In this document: positions 55,639 to 64,000 of the stretch, piece by piece | Position numbering within the stretch: the stretch's first letter is position 1 | How the letters are laid out: each line of letters opens with the position of its first letter | From: Methanotrichaceae archaeon | GTDB taxonomy: Archaea; Halobacteriota; Methanosarcinia; Methanotrichales; Methanotrichaceae | Direction of reading: 5' to 3' | Length of the DNA stretch: 64,000 nt | NCBI GenBank assembly: GCA_963813075.1 | Contig: CAWEXU010000010.1 | Span: 32,001 to 96,000, forward strand | The notes under the pieces: model-generated | The model's input: only the letters and a program-made list of their open reading frames with translations | Database searches by the model: none | What the model was told of the DNA's origin: nothing | Position numbers and translations under genes: made by a program

Positions 55639-56172
55639 CTATGGCTCAGCATCTTCAAAGCTCTGATCAATGTCAAAACCAGTCCCCATCTCTCTTATAA
55701 ACGAGTTGAGCTTTAAGATGGGGACGATCGGGACGCATTCATAGGATTTGACCTCCTCCTCGATCAGGGTAACCACAACTGCATGAGCCTCCGTTCCGGT
55801 CAGCATCCGGTAGAATTCGCATCGCTCCTTATGCTGTTTTATCGCTCGTTTCAATGCCGATAATCGGGGTCGATGGGCTCCCCATTTCTTGCACTCCACC
55901 AGAATCGTTCGGTCATTGTTCCGGGCAATGACATCATATTGCCTGCGCTTTCTTTTCAGGGTTTTCACTTTATTTATCTCCACTGAAAAGTCGTTCTCTT
56001 CAAAGATGTAGGCAGCAAGTCTTTCAAAGTTCTGCCAGATGACAATAAATGAAGCCCTCTCCAGATCGGCAATGGATTTTATCTGGGCAAAATCGGAGAT
56101 CTCCTTCTCCTCTTTCTGCTCTCCTTTCCAGCTGGCGACAAATGGGATTGAGCTCAGTATTTTGGGCTCCAT
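55639..56172 (-). CDS. Mrr_cat-like PD-(D/E)xK nuclease
   Basis: WQNFERL..YIFE, QYDVIA, VECKKW. Confidence 0.75.
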   Translation of the reverse strand: MEPKILSSIPFVASWKGEQKEEKEISDFAQIKSIADLERASFIVIWQNFERLAAYIFEENDFSVEINKVKTLKRKRRQYDVIARNNDRTILVECKKWGAHRPRLSALKRAIKQHKERCEFYRMLTGTEAHAVVVTLIEEEVKSYECVPIVPILKLNSFIREMGTGFDIDQSFEDAEP

Positions 56173-56368
56173 AATAAGAGCTAGGGGTCCTGCGATATAT
56201 AGAAGTCGATATTTAAAGTCTTAAGTGTGTTGTCTTCGTTGTGCAGTCTTCAGTGTGTAGCATTCAGCAATATTCATATATCAGATGGCCGGAACATATA
56301 TGCTGGCAGGTGCAGTAGATGGTGAATATGGTTTGCGAGATTGCGGGCCAGGATGGAGGGCGTTGGTC

Positions 56369-58414
56369 ATGTCGTCAAAGCTGATTGCATCCCTCTGCCC
56401 CTATTGTGCGGTGGGCTGCGGCCTTTTCATTCGGGTCGATAAGGGAAGAGCCACTGGTATCGAATATATGACAGACCACCCAACCAGTGCCGGAGCCCTC
56501 TGCCCCAAAGGAAACTCCGTCCTGGAGCTCTTGGACAACCAGGAACGCCTCAAGCATCCTATGAAGAGGTCTGGGAGCGATTTCGTTCCCATCAGCTGGG
56601 ACGAGGCCCTGGACCTGGTGGCTCAGGGTCTATCGAGGAACCTTGACCGCTACGGTCCAGAATCTTTAGGCTTTCTCGCCTCCTCCCGCACCAACAACGA
56701 GGAGAACTACCTGATGCAGAAGATGGCCCGGCTTTTGGGATCGCCCAATGTGGATAACTGCGCCCGGCTATGCCATTCTCCCACGGTGATGGGTCTGGGG
56801 GCTACCTTTGGCGCCGGTGCCATGACCAACAACCTTCCCGACCTGGAAAACTCCAAATGCATCTTCGCCATCGGCACAAACTTCACCGAGGCTCATCCGG
56901 TCGTATCTCGCTGGGTGCAGAGGGCAAAGGACAATGGAGCGGTGGTTATAGTAGCCGATCCCAGGATCACATCCACCACCTGGATGGCGGACATCCACCT
57001 CCGCCTGAAACCTGGGTCCGATATCGACCTGCTCCGGGCGATGATGAAGGTCATCGTGGATGAAAAGCTGGAAGATGCTGACTTTATCGGCTCCCGCACC
57101 ACCGGTTATGAGAAGCTCAAAGAGGGCCTGTCGGACTTCTCTATGAAAGAGGCAGCAGAAAAGACGGGCCTTTCCATCGAGCAGATCACAAAGGCGGCCA
57201 GAACTTATGCAAAGTCCTCCTGCTCGGCACTGCTGTACTCCATGGGCATCACCCAGCATGTCTCCGGTACGGACAACGTCATGACCTGCGCCACCCTCGC
57301 CCTCATATGCGGCCAGATAGCAAGGCCTGGAGCCGGGGTCTGGCCTATGCGCGGCCAGAACAATGTCCAGGGGAACTGCGATGTGGGAGGAATGCCGGAG
57401 TTTTATCCCGGATACAAGAAATCAGTGGATCCCGAGACGGTTGAATTCTTCAAAGCGGCCTGGAATGCCATTGATCTCCCCTCAGGTCCCGGCCTGACCT
57501 CGACCGAGATGAACGATGCGGCAATGGAGGGAAGGCTAAAGGCCCTTTACATCACTGGCGAAGATCCCATTGTATGCGACGCCAATGTCACGAAGACCCG
57601 CCGCGCTCTGGAGAGCCTGGATTTCCTGGTGGTACAGGAGATATTCATGACTCCCACCGCTAAAATGGCAGACGTCGTCTTGCCTGCTGCCGCCTGGGCG
57701 GAGAAGAGCGGCAGCTACACCTCTATGGAAAGGAGAGTGCAATGGATTGACCGGGCCATAGAGCCGCCCGGGGAGGCGAAAGAAGGCATCTGGATCATCT
57801 GCCAGATCGCCAGGAGGCTGGGACTGGGCGAGCAGATGGCCTATGATAATGCCTCCCAGGTGTTAGAGGAGATACGTCGTCTGGTGCCTCAATACGGGGG
57901 GATGAGCAAAGAGAGGATCTCCAGGGTAGGTGGGGTCCTATGGCCCTGCCCGGATGAGCTGCATCCCGGAACGGATATCCTGCACACCCAGAGGTTCTCG
58001 ACCCCCGACGGCAGGGCGAGGATCTTCGATCTGGAAAACACTCCACCGGGAGAGGTCACAAACTCAGAGTATCCCATTCTGCTGAGCACGGGCAGGATTG
58101 TGCTGCAGTATAACAGCGGCTCCATGACCATGCGCAGTCAGTCGCTAAAGGAGCGCGAGCCAGAACTCTATGTGCAGATCAATCCTCTGGATGCAACAAA
58201 GCTCCTGATCGCTGAAGGCGATAGGGTGGCAGTGATAACCCGGCGGGGAGAGGCTGAGGCTCATGCCAGGATCACAGATGGGGTAATGCCCGGGATGGCC
58301 TTCATGCCTTTCCATTATCACGGGACCAACCTCCTTACATCCGACGCCCTTGACCCCGTATCCAGGATCCCGGAGTACAAGATGGCTGCTTGCCGGATAG
58401 AGTCAAGGGCCTGA
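56369..58414 (+). CDS. fdhA: Formate dehydrogenase alpha subunit (Cys type, short)
   Basis: CPYCAVGC..CPKG, DNCARLCH, RGQNNVQG; molydopterin-binding C-terminus. Confidence 0.9.
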   Translation: MSSKLIASLCPYCAVGCGLFIRVDKGRATGIEYMTDHPTSAGALCPKGNSVLELLDNQERLKHPMKRSGSDFVPISWDEALDLVAQGLSRNLDRYGPESLGFLASSRTNNEENYLMQKMARLLGSPNVDNCARLCHSPTVMGLGATFGAGAMTNNLPDLENSKCIFAIGTNFTEAHPVVSRWVQRAKDNGAVVIVADPRITSTTWMADIHLRLKPGSDIDLLRAMMKVIVDEKLEDADFIGSRTTGYEKLKEGLSDFSMKEAAEKTGLSIEQITKAARTYAKSSCSALLYSMGITQHVSGTDNVMTCATLALICGQIARPGAGVWPMRGQNNVQGNCDVGGMPEFYPGYKKSVDPETVEFFKAAWNAIDLPSGPGLTSTEMNDAAMEGRLKALYITGEDPIVCDANVTKTRRALESLDFLVVQEIFMTPTAKMADVVLPAAAWAEKSGSYTSMERRVQWIDRAIEPPGEAKEGIWIICQIARRLGLGEQMAYDNASQVLEEIRRLVPQYGGMSKERISRVGGVLWPCPDELHPGTDILHTQRFSTPDGRARIFDLENTPPGEVTNSEYPILLSTGRIVLQYNSGSMTMRSQSLKEREPELYVQINPLDATKLLIAEGDRVAVITRRGEAEAHARITDGVMPGMAFMPFHYHGTNLLTSDALDPVSRIPEYKMAACRIESRA

Positions 58415-58473
58415 ATCGGACTGTCCGGCAGGAAAGCTCTTCTCTCCTATTTTTGACTTGAATACCTCCCGCC

Positions 58474-61221
58474 TCAAGCCGCGATCTTCTCGATCTTAAT
58501 CGCGCAGGCCTTGTACTCCGGCGTCTTGGCCTGGGGATCGAGAGCGGCGTTGGTCAGAAGGTTGGTCAGGACATCCTGGTAATGGAAGGACATGAAGGCC
58601 ACACCGCGAGATGATTTGTCTGTAACCTTAGCCTTTGTCTTGACCGAGCCCCTTCTCGAGCTGACCAAGACCATCTCTCCGTCCTCGATCCCAAGCTCCC
58701 TGGCATCGGCAGGGCTTATCTCTATTGACTCCTCCGGCCATACCCACATGATACCTCTGGACCTGCGGGTCATGGATCCGCAGTTGTAGTGCTCCCGTCT
58801 CCTGCCGGTGGTGAGAATTATAGGATATTCAGCATCCGTCTTTTCTGCCGGTGGCCTGTGCTCCACGGCATTGAACCTTCCCAGGCCGCAGCTGAACTGT
58901 CCAACATGCATCGTCTCTGTGCCCGGGCTATCAATGGTGGGACAGGGCCACTGCAGCCCGCCGTCATCCAGCCGGTCAAACCTCACTCCTGCGAACATGG
59001 GAGCTAATGCGGCGATCTCATCCATGATCTCTGAGGGATGATCGTATTCCATCTGGTAGCCCATCCTCTGAGCGATCTGGCAGATCGTCTGCCAGTTCTC
59101 CTGGCCACAGAGGGCAGGGATCGCTTTGCGCACCCTTTGAATACGTCGCTCGCCATTGGTGAATGTCCCGTCGCACTCAGCGAAGCTGGCCGCGGGCAGT
59201 ATCACGTCCGCATATCCGGTGGTCTCGGTGGGGAATATCTCCTGGATGACCACAAACTCCATCTCCTCCAGGGCTTCACGCACCCGGTTGGTATCTGGAT
59301 CGGTATGAGCAGGATCCTCTCCCAGGATGTAGATTCCTTTTATTCCGCTCCCTGGCTCGATCATATTGGTGGAGGTCTTGCCGATGTTTGCAGGTAGCTT
59401 AACCTTCCAGGCCTCCTCGAACTTTGACCGCACGCCGGTGTCCACTACCTGCTGATAGCCTACAATGGCATTGGGAAGAGCTCCCATATCGCAGGCTCCC
59501 TGAACATTGTTCTGGCCGCGCAGGGGCATGACGCCAGTGGCAGGCCGGCCTACGTTGCCGGTGAGCATTGCCAGGTTGCCTAAGGACATCACATTTTGCG
59601 TTCCAGTGATGTGTTCGGTCATCCCCAGGCTGTAGATGATCATCGCTTTATCGACTGAGGCATAGAGCCTGGCCGCCTCAATTATGTCCTCTGCGGGAAC
59701 GCCGGTTATCTCTGCTGCGCGCTCAGGCGGATAGGCGGCCACGACCTTCTCCAGCTTTTCGAAACCATCTGTGCGGCTTGAGATGAAGTCCTCGTCCTGC
59801 AGGCCTTCCCTGATTATCACATTCATCATCCCGTTCAGCAGAGCGATATTGGTCCCGGGCTTCAGGTTGAGCCAGACCGAGGCCAGGCCGACCAGCTCTA
59901 TCTTCCTGGGGTCGGCGACTATTATCTTAGCTCCCTTTCTGGCTGCTTTGATGATCTTCAGGCTGACTATGGGATGGGCTTCAGTGGTGTTGGAGCCGAT
60001 GATGAAAAGGACATTGGCATCTTCGATCTGGTCGAAGGAGTTGGTAGCTGCACCGCTGCCAAAGCAAGCGGCAAGGCCGGTCACCGAAGGGGCATGACAG
60101 ACCCGGGCGCAGTTGTCCACGTTGTTGGTGCCGAAGACTGCTCGGGCGAGCTTTTGGACCAGGTAGTTCTCCTCATTGGTGCAGCGAGAGGAGGAGAGCG
60201 CTCCCAGGGAATCGGGGCCGTATTTGTCTTTGATCTCGCTGAACCTGCGGGTGACCAGGTCCAGGGCCTCGTCCCAGGAAGCCGGCTCGAATTGGCCGTT
60301 CCGCTTTATCAGGGGGGTGGTTATGCGGTCGGGATGGTGGACGATCTCCTCCAGGCCATAGTGGCCTTTAACGCAGAGCTGTCCCCGGTTTACCGGGCTG
60401 TTTTTATCTGGATGGACGGATATGATCTTATCTTCAGATATTCGGAGTTCCAGGCTGCAGCCCACCCCGCAGTAGGGGCAGATGGTGACCACGGTATTGT
60501 CCGGCCGGACCCATTTCTCCGAGCGGTCGAAGAGAGCGCCGGTGGGGCAGGCATCCACGCATGCGCCGCAGAACTTGCAGTCTGCCTCTTGCAGGGATTC
60601 GGGGCCGATCCAGTGGTTGCGGTGAAAGTCCGGATTGGTGGATAAGATGCCCAGACCGCGCACCTCTTCGCACATTCTTATGCACCGGCCGCACATGATG
60701 CAGAGGTTGTAGTTGCGGTCGAAGAATGGCTCTCTTAAGACCGGCATGTCCCGAAAAGAGGTGTGGTATCTGATTTTGTCCAGGCCGACGAATGTGACGG
60801 CCTCTTGCAGCTCGCATTGATTGTCGTTAGGGCAGTATTTGCAGCCTACTGTTACCGGAAACTTTCGCATGCACTCCCGCAGGTCGGTGCATTCGTCTTT
60901 TCTCTCGCAGAACAGGCAGGAGGTGGGGTGGTTGGTGAGGGCGAGGAGCATCTCCAGGGTGTTTCGCCTCATCTCCTGCAGCTCCTCGGTGCGGGTCCTG
61001 ACCACCATTCCCTCTGCTGCAGGAGTGTTGCAGGATGTGGGATAGTAATCCAGCCCCTCCACAGAGACGATGCACAGCTTGCATGAGCCTATAGGCAACA
61101 AGTCCGGGTGGTGGCAAAGAGACGGCACATAAGAGCCCGCAATGCGGGCAGCATCGAGGATGGTGGACCCCTGGGGGACGGACACCTCTCGATCATCGAT
61201 AGTGATTTTGATTTCTGACAT
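58474..61221 (-). CDS. fdhA: Formate dehydrogenase alpha subunit with NuoG-like FeS N-terminus (Cys type)
   Basis: 2Fe-2S, extra Cys cluster, 2x4Fe-4S; CPYCGVGC, DNCARVCH, RGQNNVQG. Confidence 0.92.
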   Translation of the reverse strand: MSEIKITIDDREVSVPQGSTILDAARIAGSYVPSLCHHPDLLPIGSCKLCIVSVEGLDYYPTSCNTPAAEGMVVRTRTEELQEMRRNTLEMLLALTNHPTSCLFCERKDECTDLRECMRKFPVTVGCKYCPNDNQCELQEAVTFVGLDKIRYHTSFRDMPVLREPFFDRNYNLCIMCGRCIRMCEEVRGLGILSTNPDFHRNHWIGPESLQEADCKFCGACVDACPTGALFDRSEKWVRPDNTVVTICPYCGVGCSLELRISEDKIISVHPDKNSPVNRGQLCVKGHYGLEEIVHHPDRITTPLIKRNGQFEPASWDEALDLVTRRFSEIKDKYGPDSLGALSSSRCTNEENYLVQKLARAVFGTNNVDNCARVCHAPSVTGLAACFGSGAATNSFDQIEDANVLFIIGSNTTEAHPIVSLKIIKAARKGAKIIVADPRKIELVGLASVWLNLKPGTNIALLNGMMNVIIREGLQDEDFISSRTDGFEKLEKVVAAYPPERAAEITGVPAEDIIEAARLYASVDKAMIIYSLGMTEHITGTQNVMSLGNLAMLTGNVGRPATGVMPLRGQNNVQGACDMGALPNAIVGYQQVVDTGVRSKFEEAWKVKLPANIGKTSTNMIEPGSGIKGIYILGEDPAHTDPDTNRVREALEEMEFVVIQEIFPTETTGYADVILPAASFAECDGTFTNGERRIQRVRKAIPALCGQENWQTICQIAQRMGYQMEYDHPSEIMDEIAALAPMFAGVRFDRLDDGGLQWPCPTIDSPGTETMHVGQFSCGLGRFNAVEHRPPAEKTDAEYPIILTTGRRREHYNCGSMTRRSRGIMWVWPEESIEISPADARELGIEDGEMVLVSSRRGSVKTKAKVTDKSSRGVAFMSFHYQDVLTNLLTNAALDPQAKTPEYKACAIKIEKIAA

Positions 61222-61327
61222 GTTCCCAACCGCGCCGGAGTTTGGTAAGGATCTATTGTATTTGTAGGTTGCTCTGAACACATATTGAACATCTGTGGAG
61301 ATTGGAATGGTGAGTATATCTGGCAGT

Positions 61328-61675
61328 CTACCAGTTGTCGCTGTTATTTTTATCGGCCCGCTTCGGAAAAGTAGATTCGACTTTTTCGGGCGTCCTGTCA
61401 GTTTCTATTAGCTTTTCCTCTTCTTCAATTTTTACATCGATCAATCGAAGGAAAAACCTTTCGGAGAAGCCAGAAATAAAAGCAGCCAGCAGAATTGCAC
61501 CAAGATTATTTAAATCTATTCCTGAAATAATTTTATATGAAATGAATACGTATATCAGCAATGCAGCAAATGCACCGACTATGGGCTTTAGCTGTGTTCT
61601 GATTAAACTCTCTCGATACTTTGAAAGATTGGTTGTGGATCCTCGACTTCTGTGGTTTGATTGGATTACAGATAA
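61328..61675 (-). pseudogene. 5'-truncated AT-rich membrane protein
   Basis: LSVIQ...KPIVGAFAALLIY...AFISGFSERF; frame is broken at the repeat at 61680. Confidence 0.65.
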
Positions 61676-61679
61676 CGGA

Positions 61680-61722
61680 TTTTAACCACAAAGAGCACAA
61701 AGATCACAAAGGCCTCGCAAAG
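61680..61722 (+). repeat. Dispersed 43-nt AACCACAAAG-type repeat, copy 2
   Basis: TTTTAACCACAAAGAGCACAAAGATCACAAAGGCCTCGCAAAG. Confidence 0.8.
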
Positions 61723-62235
61723 GTTAATCCAGTTCTTGATAGTGGCTTTGAGGGCCACCTTTGCCTGCATCCTGAAGGGCCGACTCGCGGCGTCCACTGA
61801 AAAGCAGCTCGTGTTAATGGATCGAACTCCCTCAGAATCTGGCCTGAAAGAAAATGACCGCAAAAGTCATCTCATCGGAGCATCGGCGGCCACGCAGCCA
61901 AGAGTGGTCGAGGGGCCAGGTGGTGGATGTGACGCTGTCAGAAGGCGATAATAGTGCCATCATACGAGCGGGCAGGCAGATGCACGAATCCTGGCCTGTC
62001 TGGAGAATATTAATCATTTTATAGCCCGCTGGGGCCAGGCTGCAATTCTGCTGCTCACCACCAGGGCAGTGCGGCGCAAATTGCGAGAGCGCTGGAATGC
62101 CCTAATTTATTGTCTTCCCATTCATCGGATCTCGTATTTGCTGCCAGCCGGACATAACGGCAGACGATCAGTGGCTTTCAGGCTATTCAATAAGAAAAGA
62201 AAACTGATTGCGGGATATGAGCAAGGATGCAGACC

Positions 62236-62355
62236 GAGATCGTTCATCCCATGCATAATGATCATAGATCTTGGTCCAAATGATGGCATAGCTATGGTGA
62301 GAATTGAATTTATAAGTGTTCATAGGGAGCACTTGGACCGGAAATTTATTATAGA
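62236..62355 (+). pseudogene. Possible decayed cas2 C-terminus
   Basis: EIVHP / IMIIDLGPNDG...RIEFI.......RKFII resembles C-termini of type I-G-associated Cas2; lies just before the leader. Confidence 0.4.
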
Positions 62356-62399
62356 AAGATCGCTGATAAAAGGCAACGTGGTTCCAGGAGGTCCTTTGG

Positions 62400-62607
62400 G
62401 TCTGAAGCGCCCAGTAATACGAAAACTCCTGTGAAGACATACGCACAATTATTAAAACTATAAAGAGTATCGACGATCCGCGCTAAATCAGCGCATAGCG
62501 ATATTAGATTAATAAAATCTCTTGAATCTGAGAAATATTTGGCAGTCAGGTCGATCCGCGAATAACGGCGTTATTTCGACAGCTGCAACAGCCCTAAAAT
62601 GGCTGCC
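62400..62607 (+). promoter_or_regulatory. Putative CRISPR leader
   Basis: AT-rich non-coding stretch directly 5' of the first repeat. Confidence 0.55.
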
Positions 62608-62928
62608 CTATCCATTTCTGAGAAGAAGTGGCCCCATTGAAACGCAACTTGAGATGTTCACACATTCCTTCTGCCTCTATCCATTTCTGAGAAGAAGTGG
62701 CCCCATTGAAACAATGGGTTGATTAATATCTACCCTTATCTATGCGGTCCTATCCATTTCTGAGAAGAAGTGGCCCCATTGAAACTATCGTTCTTATTTC
62801 CTGGGGCTGCCGATGTGACAACCCTATCCATTTCTGAGAAGTGGCCCCATTGAAACAAGAGTTCATTTCAGTTTGCATTTATCTCACCTTCACTATCCAT
62901 TTCTGAGAAGAAGTGGCCCCATTGAAAC
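62608..62928 (+). CRISPR. CRISPR array: 5 repeats CTATCCATTTCTGAGAAGAAGTGGCCCCATTGAAAC (36 nt), 4 spacers of 33/37/38/36 nt; interrupted by IS110
   Basis: Repeats start at 62608, 62677, 62750, 62824 (lacks GAA) and 62893; hairpin CCATTTCT-GAGA-AGAAGTGG; ATTGAAAC 3' handle. Confidence 0.97.
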
Positions 62929-62998
62929 GCCCATGAGCCCAGGCAGGGGCTCACACGTGACGGATGGAAAACCAGATATTTTAATCCGTCCATGTTAA

Positions 62999-63149
62999 GT
63001 CTGATATGGGCAGTGAAGGCTGACAAGTTTATGGGACACTTGATCCCGCGATTGAAACCAGCCAATACCCCTCGAATACGGGACTGCGTCTTAGAACGCG
63101 TATGGGAAATTATCCCCAATAAGGGAATGATCATCTGCCCATATCAGGC
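62999..63149 (+). ncRNA. Putative IS110 bridge RNA
   Basis: Perfect 13-bp basal stem CTGATATGGGCAG (63001-63013) / CTGCCCATATCAG (63135-63147) enclosing two stem-internal-loop domains, directly upstream of the recombinase ATG. Confidence 0.7.
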
Positions 63150-63159
63150 AGAGACATAT

Positions 63160-64000
63160 ATGAAAAAACGAAGAGAAAGAGTTTGCGGTGCAGATGTCCA
63201 TAAAGATCTGATCGTTGCCACAATAGCAGGCGACGAAGTGCCGCCGATTCGAGAGAATTTTGGGACAACAAAATCCGAACTTGATAGATTTAGAAGCTGG
63301 CTTGCAGCTAACAAATGCGAACAGGTTGCATTCGAAGCTACTGGAGTCTATTGGATCCCGATTTATGATGCTCTGAGCCGAACCATAGATACCATTGTTG
63401 CCAATCCTCTGCAGATAAAGTCCATTCCAAATGACAAATCAGATTCAAAAGATTCAAAGCATATTGCAACTCTGTGTTTGAATAATCAAATCAAGAGATC
63501 TCGGGTTTTTTGCGATGAAGACCGAGAACTCAGGAACCTAACGCGAGCCAGAGCAGGATATGTCAAGACGCGAACTCAGTTCAAGAATCGGATACACAAA
63601 TATCTCTCATCAAATGGCGTTAAACTCAGCTCTTCTATGGACGATATATTCTGCAAATCTGGAAATCATATCATAAGAGGTCTGGCTGAAGACAACCCTA
63701 CCGAAGAGATCCTAAAAGGCATACCCTGCGGAAAGATCAGGAAAAAACAAGACGAGATCAGATCAGCACTTGCCAATGAACTGAGTGATACAAATAGAAT
63801 GCTGATAAGGGATGCTCTCGAAATCATGGACAATGTCGAATCCAAAATAGAGAAGACAAGTTTTGAGGTTCTGAAAAAGATTCAAAAGAAGAGCACGGAT
63901 TTGGCTATTGTTATGTCCATCCCTGGAATCGCATTTATCTCAGGTTCAGTCATTCTGTCAGAGATCGGAGACTACAGAGATTTTCAGACCCCTGACCAAC
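63160..64000 (+). CDS. IS110 family recombinase/transposase (partial, not in ORF track)
   Basis: Manual translation MKKRRERVCGADVHKD...FEATGVYW...ANP...KSDSKDS (D-E-D-D) ... SIPGIAFISGSVILSEIGDYRDF; open to the window end. Confidence 0.95.
   Translation, partial: MKKRRERVCGADVHKDLIVATIAGDEVPPIRENFGTTKSELDRFRSWLAANKCEQVAFEATGVYWIPIYDALSRTIDTIVANPLQIKSIPNDKSDSKDSKHIATLCLNNQIKRSRVFCDEDRELRNLTRARAGYVKTRTQFKNRIHKYLSSNGVKLSSSMDDIFCKSGNHIIRGLAEDNPTEEILKGIPCGKIRKKQDEIRSALANELSDTNRMLIRDALEIMDNVESKIEKTSFEVLKKIQKKSTDLAIVMSIPGIAFISGSVILSEIGDYRDFQTPDQ

Larger units (their letters stand above)
62929..64000 (+). mobile_element. IS110-family insertion sequence (runs off window)
   Basis: ~230-nt structured non-coding left end followed by a DEDD recombinase gene; left boundary approximate within a few nt. 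Confidence 0.92.

Noticed and set aside
209..60645. Long antisense/overlapping ORFs (e.g. 209-1177, 7888-9087, 29001-29720, 59974-60645)
   Set aside because: Shadow frames of GC-rich genes with no recognisable motifs.
56369..61221. Selenocysteine recoding in the fdhA genes
   Set aside because: Both have Cys at the metal-ligand position (CARLCH, CARVCH) and no in-frame TGA.
61730..62200. GC-richer segment upstream of the CRISPR leader as a gene or ncRNA
   Set aside because: No convincing ORF, motif or long stem; left unassigned as probable debris.
63051..63058. A degenerate sixth CRISPR repeat
   Set aside because: Only the last 8 nt match, the spacing is wrong and it lies inside the IS110 left-end structure; treated as a putative guide instead.
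62522..63134. ORFs 62522-62722 and 62868-63134
   Set aside because: Read-through of CRISPR repeats and the IS non-coding end.
62929..63159. tracrRNA/anti-repeat for a class 2 CRISPR system
   Set aside because: The match is same-sense and short, and the downstream ORF is a DEDD IS110 recombinase, not Cas9, Cas12 or TnpB.

Overview
64 kb of archaeal chromosome, most consistent with a Methanothrix (Methanosaeta)-like aceticlastic methanogen. This is inferred from an S-layer (DUF1608-type) protein, cfbB/cfbC, cofH, mfnF, FrhB domains, purP, hef and an intron-containing tRNA-Arg. Most of the window is housekeeping and redox genes, including a NuoE/NuoF/NuoG'-FrhB operon and two convergent formate dehydrogenase alpha genes. 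Many genes, including essential ones, are split by 1-2 nt frameshifts, most likely long-read assembly indels. Accessory DNA includes a membrane-anchored CHAT (caspase-like) gene broken by an IS and several gene remnants. The right end holds a CRISPR array with no intact cas genes in view (5 repeats, 4 spacers), interrupted exactly at a repeat 3' end by an IS110 element. The non-coding left end of that IS110 folds like a bridge RNA and carries ATTGAAAC, the CRISPR repeat 3' handle, in a guide-loop position. The top candidate is therefore an RNA-guided recombinase programmed to insert into CRISPR arrays. All family calls are from motif recognition by eye; no searches were run.
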